NCBI GenBank assembly: GCA_965223845.1
Contig: CBDCXR010000004.1
Coordinates: forward strand, 5,536,001-5,600,000
Reading direction: 5' to 3'
Source of the DNA: Planctomycetota bacterium
GTDB lineage: Bacteria > Planctomycetota > UBA8108 > SXIK01
Length of the DNA: 64,000 bases
The position numbers were made by a program, and so were the translations under genes. Positions 1-9,116 of the stretch are shown here, in pieces (within the stretch, counting starts at the first letter, position 1; every line of letters begins with the position of its first letter). The notes under the pieces are model-generated. The model was not told the origin of the DNA and searched no databases. It saw nothing but the letters and a program-made list of their open reading frames with translations.

Positions 1-393
1 GACGTGGAGATGACCGTAGTCCGGATTCCCGCGAATTTCGAACTCCACTCCCGAGCTCCTCCGGTTCGATCCGCGTGCAGCGAGAGGACGACGGCCGCGA
101 GTCTACGGCGGGCCGTCGCGGAGATCAACGCGCGGACCAGCCGGTCACCGCGCGCTAGCGAAATCGCTGCGGCGAGTTGCGATCCGGAGAGGGACCATCT
201 CGTCTTCGTTCCAAGCGCCACACCCCGAACTTCATCTCCCCCGGACGAGCGCCGAACCGAGACGAGGACCGGGCGTAGACTAGCCGCGGCGGCCCGCTCG
301 CAGCACCGGCTCCGATTCACTACAATCCCGAAGCCGTTCGCGCGACGCTTGCGAACGGATCGCGCCCGGAGAATCCGCAGCGAGAGAGCGGTC

Positions 394-2583
394 ATGTCGG
401 TCGAACAGGAGAATCTCCCACTTCGGGATGCGGATGCGGACGCGGTCTCGGCGAGCGCCGCGGAACCGCGGAGCGCGGCGGTGCGGGAGGCGTTCGCTCG
501 GGCGCGCCACGTCGCGATCGTGCGGCTCGGGAGCATCGGCGATGTCGTCGCGACCGTCCCGCTCGCCTGGTACCTCCGCGACGTGCTCGCGTCGGGGACG
601 AGGCTCTCGTGGATCGTTCACTCCGCCTCAGCCTCGCTTCTTCACGGCCTCGGCGCACTCGACGACGTGATCGAGCTTCCCAAGGGCTCGGTCCTGCGCT
701 CGATCCCGCGCTGGCGTCGCGCGCTCGCAGACCGCGGCATCGATTGCACCCTGGACGTTCACGGCAACCTGAAGAGCGGGATCGTCAGCCGCCTCACCGG
801 CGCCTCGCGGCGCATCGGGTTCCATCGCCGCGACTGCCGCGAACATTGGAACCCGCTGTTTACGACCGACAAGCTGCCCCCGCTGCCGTCGCCAAACAAG
901 ACCAGGCGAGCGAACGCGATCGCCGGTCTCCTCGGCATCGCGGCCCCAAGCCCGCGATTCGATCTTCACTTTTCGGCTGAAGAGCGCGAGCGAGCGGCGC
1001 GAATCGTGCGCGAACTCGCTCCGAACGAAGAGTCGATCGCCGCGCTTCAACTCGGCCGCGCCGAAGACGTTCGCAGCTGGCCGATCGAGAACTACGCGGC
1101 GCTCGCGGAACGGCTCCTCGCGTCGAGACGGCGCGTCCTCGTTCTCGGCGGCCCTCCCGAGGTAGAGACCGGACGCCGCGTGCGCGAGCGTCTCGGCGAC
1201 CGTCCGGGGCTCTCCTACGAGATCAACTCGCTCAGTCTCCGCGAAGTCGGCGCCGTGTTCGAGACGATCGCGGAGCGAACGCAAGATCGAGGAGCTTACG
1301 TGGGCGGCGATTCCGGATGCCTCCACATCGCCGCCGCGTGCGGTCTACAGACGACGGGCCTCTTCGGGCCGCAAGATCCCGATCGGACGGCTCCCATCGG
1401 CGAGCACGTCACGTCGATCATCCATCGAGACGCGGCGCCGTGCATCCCGTGTGCGCGCCGGGAGTGCGCGCACTCCACCTGGCGGTACTGCATGGAGGAG
1501 ATCTCGCCGGAGGAGGTCGAGCGCGCGGTGAACGGTACTCTTCGCACGCCGAAGGACGACGGGACGAAGACGCGCGGAGCTCGCGCCGCGGCCCGCACAC
1601 CGTCCGCTCGGCGGACGCCGATCGTCACCCTAAGCGTACTCGCCGTCGCGATCGCCGTCGCCGTCGTCCGCTGGATCGTCGGCGTCTTCGTCGCGGGACC
1701 CGCAACGAGTGCTCCGTCTTCGTTCCCCGGGCTCCTGAGTCTCGTGCCCGCGGAGAAGCTTCCGGGCGGAATCGAGGCCTTCGTCACGGCGATCGCGGCG
1801 GGCGTCGCTCTCCTTCCCGCCGCGGCGATCGCGCAGCGACTCGGTACGCCCGCGACCGGGATCCTCACGGCGATCGCGCTCGGTGCCTCGGCTCTCGTGC
1901 TCGATCCGGCCGCGCTCGGCCTCTCCTCCTTCGTCCTCACTGCCCTCGTCCACACCACGCTCTTCCTCTACGTCGCGTCCGATCTCAAAGGCGCAACGAG
2001 CAGACGAACGCGCTTCGCATCGGTGGCGACGGCACTCGGCGCTTTCGCCGTCGGTGGCGCCCCGGGTCTACTCGTACCCGCGCTCGGCGTCATCGCGTTT
2101 CGGTGCGCCGAGAAAGACGTCCGGAGGCTCTTTCGTCCGCGGGCACTCGCGGTCGCCGCGGGAACGATCGCCGCGGCGGCGGGAATCACTGCTGGTCTGT
2201 ACGCTCTCGCGCGCGCACGCGGAATGGACGCGAGCTGGCTCGACGCGCTCACGCCGATCACCTGGCGCCGCGACGATGTCCAGTCGCCGCCGTGGCAGTA
2301 CGCCGTGTGGATCGCGCGCTTCGGGCTTCCGTTCGTCGTCTTCGCACCGTTCGCGCTCGTCGCCCACCTGCGCAACCGCCGATATCGCGAAGACCTCGGC
2401 TTCGCCGACCGACAATGGCGTTTCCCGAAAGCGGTGTTTCTCGCCGGCTTTGTACTTCTCAGTTTGTTGCCGGTGAAATCCATGGCGATCGTTGCGGCGC
2501 TCGCGCCGTCGCTCGCCATTCTCGTCGCGGCCTGGATCGAGTTTGTGTGGCGGCGCAGGTTTCCGAACTACATTCCGAAATAG
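394..2583 (+). CDS. Glycosyltransferase family 9 (heptosyltransferase-like) fused to a C-terminal ArnT/PMT-like membrane domain
   Basis: GT9 motifs VRLGSIGDVV, DVHGNLKS, GGDSGCLHIAAA, GLFGP; many TM segments follow, with PPWQY and SLLPVK...APSLAIL. ATG at 394 preferred over the ORF-track start at 4. Confidence 0.8.
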   Translation: MSVEQENLPLRDADADAVSASAAEPRSAAVREAFARARHVAIVRLGSIGDVVATVPLAWYLRDVLASGTRLSWIVHSASASLLHGLGALDDVIELPKGSVLRSIPRWRRALADRGIDCTLDVHGNLKSGIVSRLTGASRRIGFHRRDCREHWNPLFTTDKLPPLPSPNKTRRANAIAGLLGIAAPSPRFDLHFSAEERERAARIVRELAPNEESIAALQLGRAEDVRSWPIENYAALAERLLASRRRVLVLGGPPEVETGRRVRERLGDRPGLSYEINSLSLREVGAVFETIAERTQDRGAYVGGDSGCLHIAAACGLQTTGLFGPQDPDRTAPIGEHVTSIIHRDAAPCIPCARRECAHSTWRYCMEEISPEEVERAVNGTLRTPKDDGTKTRGARAAARTPSARRTPIVTLSVLAVAIAVAVVRWIVGVFVAGPATSAPSSFPGLLSLVPAEKLPGGIEAFVTAIAAGVALLPAAAIAQRLGTPATGILTAIALGASALVLDPAALGLSSFVLTALVHTTLFLYVASDLKGATSRRTRFASVATALGAFAVGGAPGLLVPALGVIAFRCAEKDVRRLFRPRALAVAAGTIAAAAGITAGLYALARARGMDASWLDALTPITWRRDDVQSPPWQYAVWIARFGLPFVVFAPFALVAHLRNRRYREDLGFADRQWRFPKAVFLAGFVLLSLLPVKSMAIVAALAPSLAILVAAWIEFVWRRRFPNYIPK

Positions 2584-2601
2584 CGGCCTCGGAAACGAAT
2601 G

Positions 2602-2631
2602 TGAAGATCTTCTCAGATCCTCACCGATACT
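2602..2631 (+). promoter_or_regulatory. Putative promoter TGAAGATC...ACCGATACT (sigma28-like -10), copy 1
   Basis: Same two boxes recur at 2751/2773 with an identical 22-nt offset, while the spacer differs. Confidence 0.5.
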
Positions 2632-2633
2632 TA

Positions 2634-2689
2634 GGTTCCCCCCACACTGCTCGGGACTCTCACCGCCGGTGAGAGTCCCGTCTTTTTTT
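2634..2689 (+). ncRNA. Candidate small RNA copy 1 (C-rich 5' segment + intrinsic terminator)
   Basis: TTCCCCCCACACTGCT, perfect 13-bp hairpin 2652-2680, T-tract; homologous to 2783-2843. Confidence 0.55.
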
Positions 2690-2750
2690 GCCTCACCTCC
2701 TCCGGTGAGAACGCGACCGCCACTCCGATTCGGAACTCGCGCCGCGAAGT

Positions 2751-2780
2751 TGAAGATCCGTATGCGCGAACACCGATACT
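2751..2780 (+). promoter_or_regulatory. Putative promoter TGAAGATC...ACCGATACT, copy 2
   Basis: Duplicate of the boxes at 2602-2631 with the same spacing. Confidence 0.5.
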
Positions 2781-2782
2781 AA

Positions 2783-2843
2783 GAATCCCCCCCACAACTG
2801 CTCGGGACTCCCGCCGCTCGGTGAGAGTCCCGTTTTTTTTTTT
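2783..2843 (+). ncRNA. Candidate small RNA copy 2
   Basis: ATCCCCCCCACAACTGCT, hairpin 2803-2832, T11 tract. Confidence 0.55.
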
Positions 2844-3009
2844 GCGCTCTCGCGGATCTTGTTCCGATTCTCCTCGATCGCGACCCTCCACGGTGGCATT
2901 CGCCGACCGTCGTCGATATCGGCTTCCCCAAGACCGTTCGAGTCTCTCGCCGGCGGGCGTCCGATTCGATGGGAAAGCGAGGAGCCTTGCCGAAGCGGAT
3001 TCGCGGCCC

Positions 3010-4293
3010 TCAGTCGCCCGCGGCGGCTTCCTTCTTCCCGCCCACGGAGATGAGATGCGAGACGGTCCGAAGATAGAGACGTCCCGAGGCGACGGCGGGT
3101 GTCGCACGGCTCAGCTCACCGACATCGTTCTGCGCGACGATCTTGAACTCGTCCGCCGTCGCCGACACGACGAAGAGCTCGCCTTCGTGACTCATGGCGT
3201 AGAGATTCCCTTGGATCCAAATCGGTGAACCGGTGAACGCGCCGGTGACTCGGCCCCGCCACTTCTCGTCACCCGTGGCCGCGTCGATGCAGGCGACGAC
3301 CCCCTTGTCGCTCCAGAGAAAGAGACGGCCGTCCTTGTAGAGAGACGTAGGAACGTAGGGGATGGACTGGCGGCGGATGTAGGCAACGTGCGATTCGGTG
3401 ACGTCGCCCTTCCCGCCCGCGCGAACGGCGACGAGGTAGTTGCCGCCGCCGCCGGATCCGCAGGTGCCGAAAACGAGACCCGCGCCGAATGTCGGCGATG
3501 AGACCGAACGCTTGTCGAATACGTTCGCGCCCCAGTTGACCGTTCCGGTCTTCGGGTCGAGGCTGCACACGCCGTTCGCTCCGCTCGTCACGAGCAGCTC
3601 CGGTCCGGACTCTCCGTCGTAGACGCACGGAGTGCCGTACGCGGTTCGCCGGCTGGGCCGAGGCGTTTTCCACCGGACGTCACCCGAGATTCGATCGAGC
3701 GCGATCACGTGGCTCTCGCGCTCGAGCTGCTCGTAGCCGATAACGACGAGATCCTTGTAGAGCATCGGCGACGAGCCAAAGCCGTGCTGACTCTCGAAGC
3801 GGCCGAGATCGGTATTCCACTTTCGCGTACCGGAGTGGTCGAAGGCAGCGAGATACGCCGTCTTCTCTTTGCAGAACGACACGTAGACGAAGTCCGCATC
3901 GACCGCGGGCGTGCTCGAGGCGTAGCTGCTCCAGCGATGGTTCCGGTACTCCCCGCCTTCGAGCTCTTTCGTCCAGACGATGTCTCCGCGCTTCGTCTCG
4001 AGACAGAGAACGAGCCGATTCGCGCCATCTTTCGGCGCGGTCGTCAGGAAGATCTTCTCTCCCCAAACCACCGGCGAGGAGTGCCCTTCGCCCGGAAGCT
4101 CGACGCGCCAGTTGTAGTCGCTCGCGGTGAACTCGACCGGAATGCCTTCGGCGGGACTGATCCCGGTACCGTTCGGCCCCCGAAATCGAGTCCACTCCTG
4201 CGCGCGTGCAGCGGAGGAAGCGAAGAGCAACGCAACGAGAGCGGCCACGGACGGGATAGCGGCGATGGCCTCGCCGCGCTTCGGAAGATTCAT
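3010..4293 (-). CDS. Secreted PQQ-binding-like beta-propeller (BamB-like) protein
   Basis: Signal peptide, WTRFRGPNGTG, GHSSPVVWG, repeated DxxTGxxxW blades; ATG at 4293. Confidence 0.9.
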   Translation of the reverse strand: MNLPKRGEAIAAIPSVAALVALLFASSAARAQEWTRFRGPNGTGISPAEGIPVEFTASDYNWRVELPGEGHSSPVVWGEKIFLTTAPKDGANRLVLCLETKRGDIVWTKELEGGEYRNHRWSSYASSTPAVDADFVYVSFCKEKTAYLAAFDHSGTRKWNTDLGRFESQHGFGSSPMLYKDLVVIGYEQLERESHVIALDRISGDVRWKTPRPSRRTAYGTPCVYDGESGPELLVTSGANGVCSLDPKTGTVNWGANVFDKRSVSSPTFGAGLVFGTCGSGGGGNYLVAVRAGGKGDVTESHVAYIRRQSIPYVPTSLYKDGRLFLWSDKGVVACIDAATGDEKWRGRVTGAFTGSPIWIQGNLYAMSHEGELFVVSATADEFKIVAQNDVGELSRATPAVASGRLYLRTVSHLISVGGKKEAAAGD

Positions 4294-4438
4294 GCTGTGA
4301 GCCTCGGGGAAGATTCGCAGGGGATCGACGCGCCGCGAGCCACGACGCGGCGACACTCATTCTCCGCGAGCCTGACGCGGGCGGTCAACGACTGTCCACG
4401 CCGCAACGAGCTCGTCGCGAGCCGCCCGGAGGCGGGGC

Positions 4439-6268
4439 TCAACGCTCGCGGAGTCGCTTCGCGACGGAAGCGTAGATTCGCTGAATCACCCCGGCCTCAG
4501 CGACGCTGGCGAGCTCGGTTTGGTCGAGGATCGCTCGGCGCACGCGCTCGATGCGGCCGAGCTGATCGCGTCCTGCGACCGCGACGATGTGACGGTCGCG
4601 CACCCAGGACCAGGCGTCGGTATAGATGGTGCGCTTCTCGGCCCAGTTGTCGAGCACGGCGAGAAGATCCTCCGCCGTGAGCGTCCGGTCATCCTCCGCG
4701 AGGAAATCGAGCCGCTGCGCAAACGGTCGCATTCGATCGGCGGCCTCGGCCGAGTCCGAGCGAATGAGCTCCTCGAGCTCCGCCGCGCTCAGATCCAGCT
4801 CGCGTCCGTAGCGGCGGAGATAGCTCTGGATCATCCTTCCCGTCCACTCTTCGCGAGCGGAGTCTTTGAGCTGAATCACGCGCGCGAGCGCGGTCGGGGT
4901 GCAGACCTCGAGCAGCGGCCCGACAACCGCTCGGCGAATCTTCTCGTTCTCGTCGCGGAGAACGGGAGCGAGCGAGGACTCGGCCTCCTCGCCGACGAGG
5001 AGAACTAGCGTCCGCGACGCCGCTGCGACCACACGAACTTCGCCGGTTGTCTCGAGGATGCGTTCGGCCGCGCGACGACCGCGGGCATCGCGGATGAAGC
5101 TGAGGATTTCGAGCACGAGGAGATCGTCTCCCCGTCCCGCGAGCGCGCCGGCGTACCGAAGCACGTGCGGGAGTGCCGGCTCGAAGTCGAGGTACGCGAG
5201 CGCGTAGACGAGTCCGCGGACGAGCGGCGACGTCATATCGCCGTTCCCATCCGCGCGTTCCGCATCCGCCGGCCAGCGCCGCTCGAGCGCGGCGAGGAGA
5301 AGCGGTCCCAGTTCGTCGCTCGCGCGGAGGCCGACGACCCAGCGGAGGAGAAGACTCCACCGGACCGGCTCGTCGACTCCCTCGAGGCGAATCAAGCGAC
5401 CCGGAGGAATCCGCAGGAGCCCGAGAATGGCCGAGCTCGCATCCGCCGCTGCTTCGTGTTCGGACGGAACGGCGCGCAGCACCTCGCGGAGAAGAATGAA
5501 CGCGGAGCCGAGCTCCTCGGGCGCGAACTCGACGAGCTGAAAGAACGTCGCGAGAATCGGGACGGACGAGACGCGATGCTCTTCCCAGAGCGCGCGCGCT
5601 TCGGCGAGCGTCGCGGGGACCGAGACGGTGGGCGGCGGCGCTTCCGGCGGGGCTTCCTCCGGCGGCGGCGCGACGACGGGAGCCGGATCTCCCGACGGAC
5701 GCGACGGGCTCGCGTGATCCTCCGGCTCGTTATCGCGAGGCTGCGGGGCGGGAGGAGGCGCCGCGCCGTCAGCTTCGACCGGCGAGAGAGGTTCGTTTCT
5801 TCGCTGCGAGCCCGTCAGATCCGCCGTGCGATCGATCGAACGGGAGTCGACCGGAGGCGGTCCACCTCCCGCGCAAGAGAGGAGCGCGACGGAAGAGAGG
5901 ACGATCCCCGCCCAGAGCGAGAATCCGCACCTGAGAACGACCGGCGCTCGACGCGATCGAGACCCGCCCCGGGCAGAGGACGACGAGCCGTCCGAGGGGC
6001 GGCCAGCGCCGCACGGGCGAATCGGAGTCGGCTGCGAGACTCGCTCCGTCGGGCCGAGGCCGGGGGCGTCAGAACCACGCGCAGAGCGAGGACGGGGCGA
6101 TCTCGGGGAGCCGACCGACGGGATCGAGTCGACGAGATGACGATCCAACGAATCCCGCCGAAGCCAGAACGGGGGGTTGAAACAGCCTCGAACAGTCACG
6201 GAAGCGATGCCCCTCAGGTGGCGACCGAATACGATCGAACCGGGCCGATGGCGCGGTCGTACGTCCAT
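4439..6268 (-). CDS. Probable lipoprotein with Pro-rich linker and HEAT-like repeats (start uncertain)
   Basis: Hydrophobic stretch ending LLSC, Pro-rich linker, HEAT-like LRDENEKIRRAVVGPL. The 5' part of the 894-aa ORF is a shadow of the + strand esterase. Confidence 0.6.
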   Translation of the reverse strand: MDVRPRHRPGSIVFGRHLRGIASVTVRGCFNPPFWLRRDSLDRHLVDSIPSVGSPRSPRPRSARGSDAPGLGPTERVSQPTPIRPCGAGRPSDGSSSSARGGSRSRRAPVVLRCGFSLWAGIVLSSVALLSCAGGGPPPVDSRSIDRTADLTGSQRRNEPLSPVEADGAAPPPAPQPRDNEPEDHASPSRPSGDPAPVVAPPPEEAPPEAPPPTVSVPATLAEARALWEEHRVSSVPILATFFQLVEFAPEELGSAFILLREVLRAVPSEHEAAADASSAILGLLRIPPGRLIRLEGVDEPVRWSLLLRWVVGLRASDELGPLLLAALERRWPADAERADGNGDMTSPLVRGLVYALAYLDFEPALPHVLRYAGALAGRGDDLLVLEILSFIRDARGRRAAERILETTGEVRVVAAASRTLVLLVGEEAESSLAPVLRDENEKIRRAVVGPLLEVCTPTALARVIQLKDSAREEWTGRMIQSYLRRYGRELDLSAAELEELIRSDSAEAADRMRPFAQRLDFLAEDDRTLTAEDLLAVLDNWAEKRTIYTDAWSWVRDRHIVAVAGRDQLGRIERVRRAILDQTELASVAEAGVIQRIYASVAKRLRER

Positions 6269-6475
6269 AATAACCCCTTCGGCGCGGCGACGGATGCTTC
6301 GTGCGCTGGATACGACGTTCGGGGAACATCGCGTGCTTCGGCCGCTCGGTTCGGCACTGCGCGCTCGTGCGGAGATTATCACTCGTTCTCCTCGTGGAGA
6401 CGGTCGACCCGTGTCGATGGAAGAGTGGCGCGTCGCCATTCGCCACTCACCTGACGCATTCACTCGGATCCCAGC

Positions 6476-7741
6476 TTGAACGCTTCGTTTTCTGTCTTCA
6501 CCCAAGGTCGACGACGCGCCGGATTCGCTGCGCTCGGCAGCGTCGGTCTCATCGTGCTCTTTCTCTCCGGGGAGATCGCCGCGAGAGGCGCTCCGCCGCC
6601 GCTCGCCGGGCCGGAAGAGACAACGGACGAAGTCCGGGTGATGTTCCGGGTCGCCGTTCCCGATGGGACGGACCCGCCGCTCTACCTCGCGGGCAATCTG
6701 CGGGCGCTGGGTCGGTGGCGGCCGAACGGAGTTGCGCTCGAGCGGACGAGCGACGACGGCATCTGGACGGCCACCGTGGCTCTCCCTCGCGGCGAGGCAC
6801 TCGAGTACAAGGTGACGCGCGGGAGCTGGGAATCGGTCGAAGTGAACGCTCACGGCGAGAACATCGCCAATCGCCGGCTCGAGCTCAGCGACGACACCGA
6901 GGTGACGATCGAGGTCGCCGATTGGGCTGAGCCGGAACCCCCGCCGCCGCCCGTCGAGCTTCGCGGCCGCATCGAGACGCACGCGAAAGTTGAAAGCCGT
7001 TTCGTCGAGACGGCTCGACCGATCCATGTGTATCTCCCGCCCAAGTACAACGAGAACTCGACGCGACGCTACCGCGTGCTCTATCTCCAGGACGGGCAGA
7101 ACGTGTTCGCCGCCCTCGGGCACCGGCGAGCGTCGTGGCGCGCCGATGTGATCGTCGAGTCACTGATCGCGAAGGGCCGGATCGATCCGATCATCATCGT
7201 GGCCGTCGGAAATACGAACCGGCGCATGGCCGAGTACACGCCGTCGCGTAGCGAGAAGCTGAACGCGGGCGGCGACGGCGAGCGTTACGCTCGCTTCCTC
7301 GCGGAGGAACTGAAGCCGTTCATCGATCGGACCTACCGCACTCGTCCGGAGAGCGAGTACAATGCGATTGCCGGGTCGTCGCTCGGCGGGTTGGTGTCGC
7401 TCTACACGGTGTGGAAACACCCGACCGCGTTCTCGCAGTGTGCTGCGCTCTCGCCGTCTCTTTGGTGGAACGACGCCCACCTTCTCGCCGCGTTCGAGAA
7501 CGACCACGCGTGGATGCGCCGCGTTCGCTTTTGGGTCGACATGGGCACCGCGGAGGGGCCGTCGACCGAGGCGGTCAATCCGAACGTGAAGCAACTTCGT
7601 CGCCTCGCCTCGATCTTCGACGCGGCGGCACTCGTCCCGGGACGAGACTACTACTACTTCGAAATCCAGGACGGGAAGCACCACGAGACCGCCTGGTCGC
7701 AGAGATTTGACAAAGTCGTCCTCTTTCTCTTCGGCAAGTGA
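6476..7741 (+). CDS. CBM20 domain + alpha/beta-hydrolase esterase
   Basis: CBM20-like LYLAGNLRALGRW...EYKVTRGSW; YLQDGQN; GSSLGG nucleophile elbow; HHETAW. Confidence 0.85.
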   Translation: MNASFSVFTQGRRRAGFAALGSVGLIVLFLSGEIAARGAPPPLAGPEETTDEVRVMFRVAVPDGTDPPLYLAGNLRALGRWRPNGVALERTSDDGIWTATVALPRGEALEYKVTRGSWESVEVNAHGENIANRRLELSDDTEVTIEVADWAEPEPPPPPVELRGRIETHAKVESRFVETARPIHVYLPPKYNENSTRRYRVLYLQDGQNVFAALGHRRASWRADVIVESLIAKGRIDPIIIVAVGNTNRRMAEYTPSRSEKLNAGGDGERYARFLAEELKPFIDRTYRTRPESEYNAIAGSSLGGLVSLYTVWKHPTAFSQCAALSPSLWWNDAHLLAAFENDHAWMRRVRFWVDMGTAEGPSTEAVNPNVKQLRRLASIFDAAALVPGRDYYYFEIQDGKHHETAWSQRFDKVVLFLFGK

Positions 7742-9116
7742 CTCTTCGGCGCTCCGGCTCTCGTTCGAGGGGGGTACGCTGCTCCTTGCGGGGCGGGAAG
7801 AGTCCATCGCAGCGCTCGATCTGCCCGGCTGCATCTTCGACTCCCGCGTCGATACCTGGCGCGCGCCGGCGCGCTACTATCGCGAGATCGTTTCGGAGTT
7901 GACGACGGCCGGCGTCGACTACGAAGACGAAGCGCGCGCGTACGAGCAGCTCGAGTTCGAGCTTCAGATCGACCGCGAGCCGTTTCCCCACCAAAGCGAA
8001 TCCGTCGCCGAGTGGTGGAACGCCGGCGGCCGCGGCGTCGTCGTTCTCCCTACCGGGGCCGGAAAGACCTTCGTCGCGCAGCTCGCGATGCTCCAAGCGC
8101 GCCGGAGCACTCTCGTCGTCACGCCGACGATCGACCTCATGCAGCAATGGTACGGAGTCCTCGGGAGCGGCTTCGGGATGGACGTCGGTCTCGTCGGCGG
8201 CGGCTATTACGAGATCCTCCCCGTAACCGTGACTACGTACGACTCCGCGTACCTCCACATGGAGCGCTTCGGGAACCGGTTCGGATTCATCGTCTTCGAC
8301 GAATGCCACCACCTCCCGGGTCCGTCCTACCTCCTCGCCGCCGAATCGAGCGTCGCGCCGTTCCGACTCGGGCTTACGGCCACGCTCGAGCGGGAAGACG
8401 GCGAGGAGTGGCGGCTCCGGGATGCGATCGGCGAGACGGTGTACCGCCAGGAGATTCGCGAACTCGCCGGGGAGTATCTCTCCGAATACGAAACCGTGCA
8501 CGTCAACGTCCCGCTCTCGGGCGAAGAGCGCGAGCGCTACCAGCGGAGTCGCGAAATCTACCGCGGGTTCGTGCGCGCAAACGGGATCCGCATCGGCGGC
8601 CCCGGCGGCTGGGCGCAGTTCCTGATGCTGAGCTCGCAGAGCGAGCGCGGGCGAGAGGCGTTTCTCGCCTATCGCGAGCAAAAGACGATCGCCCAGGCGT
8701 CCGAGGCGAAGCTACGGGCGCTCGAGAAGCTACTCGCGCAGCACCGAACCGATCGCGTTCTGCTCTTTACGAACGACAACGAGACGGTGTACCGGATCTC
8801 ACGAAAGTTCCTGATTCCGGCGATCACTCACCAAACGAAAGTGAAGGAGCGCCACGAGATCCTGCAGAAGTTCAACCGCGGCGAGTACCCGTTCGTCGTG
8901 ACGTCGAAGGTGCTCAACGAAGGGGTCGATGTTCCCGCGGCGAACGTCGGCGTCGTTCTGTCGGGATCGGGGAGCGTCCGCGAGCACGTCCAGCGGCTCG
9001 GCCGCATTCTTCGACGGGCTGAAGGGAAGCGCGCAATTCTCTACGAGCTGGTCGCCGAGGACACCGCCGAAGAGTTCGTGAGCACGCGCCGGAGACAGCA
9101 CAGTGCTTACCGCTGA
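7707..9116 (+). CDS. XPB/Rad25-like SF2 helicase
   Basis: LPTGAGKT, DECHH, GLTAT, LNEGVD, QRLGRILR; overlaps the downstream DUF790 gene. Confidence 0.9.
   Translation: MTKSSSFSSASDSSALRLSFEGGTLLLAGREESIAALDLPGCIFDSRVDTWRAPARYYREIVSELTTAGVDYEDEARAYEQLEFELQIDREPFPHQSESVAEWWNAGGRGVVVLPTGAGKTFVAQLAMLQARRSTLVVTPTIDLMQQWYGVLGSGFGMDVGLVGGGYYEILPVTVTTYDSAYLHMERFGNRFGFIVFDECHHLPGPSYLLAAESSVAPFRLGLTATLEREDGEEWRLRDAIGETVYRQEIRELAGEYLSEYETVHVNVPLSGEERERYQRSREIYRGFVRANGIRIGGPGGWAQFLMLSSQSERGREAFLAYREQKTIAQASEAKLRALEKLLAQHRTDRVLLFTNDNETVYRISRKFLIPAITHQTKVKERHEILQKFNRGEYPFVVTSKVLNEGVDVPAANVGVVLSGSGSVREHVQRLGRILRRAEGKRAILYELVAEDTAEEFVSTRRRQHSAYR

Noticed and set aside
1-235. Minus-strand reading frame running off the left edge
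   Set aside because: No recognisable motif or clear start; cannot be supported
916-1880. Frequent GCGATCGC/CGATCG/TCGA palindromes (HIP1-like)
   Set aside because: Plausibly due to codon preferences (GCG ATC, CTC GAx); not counted against a codon-aware null model
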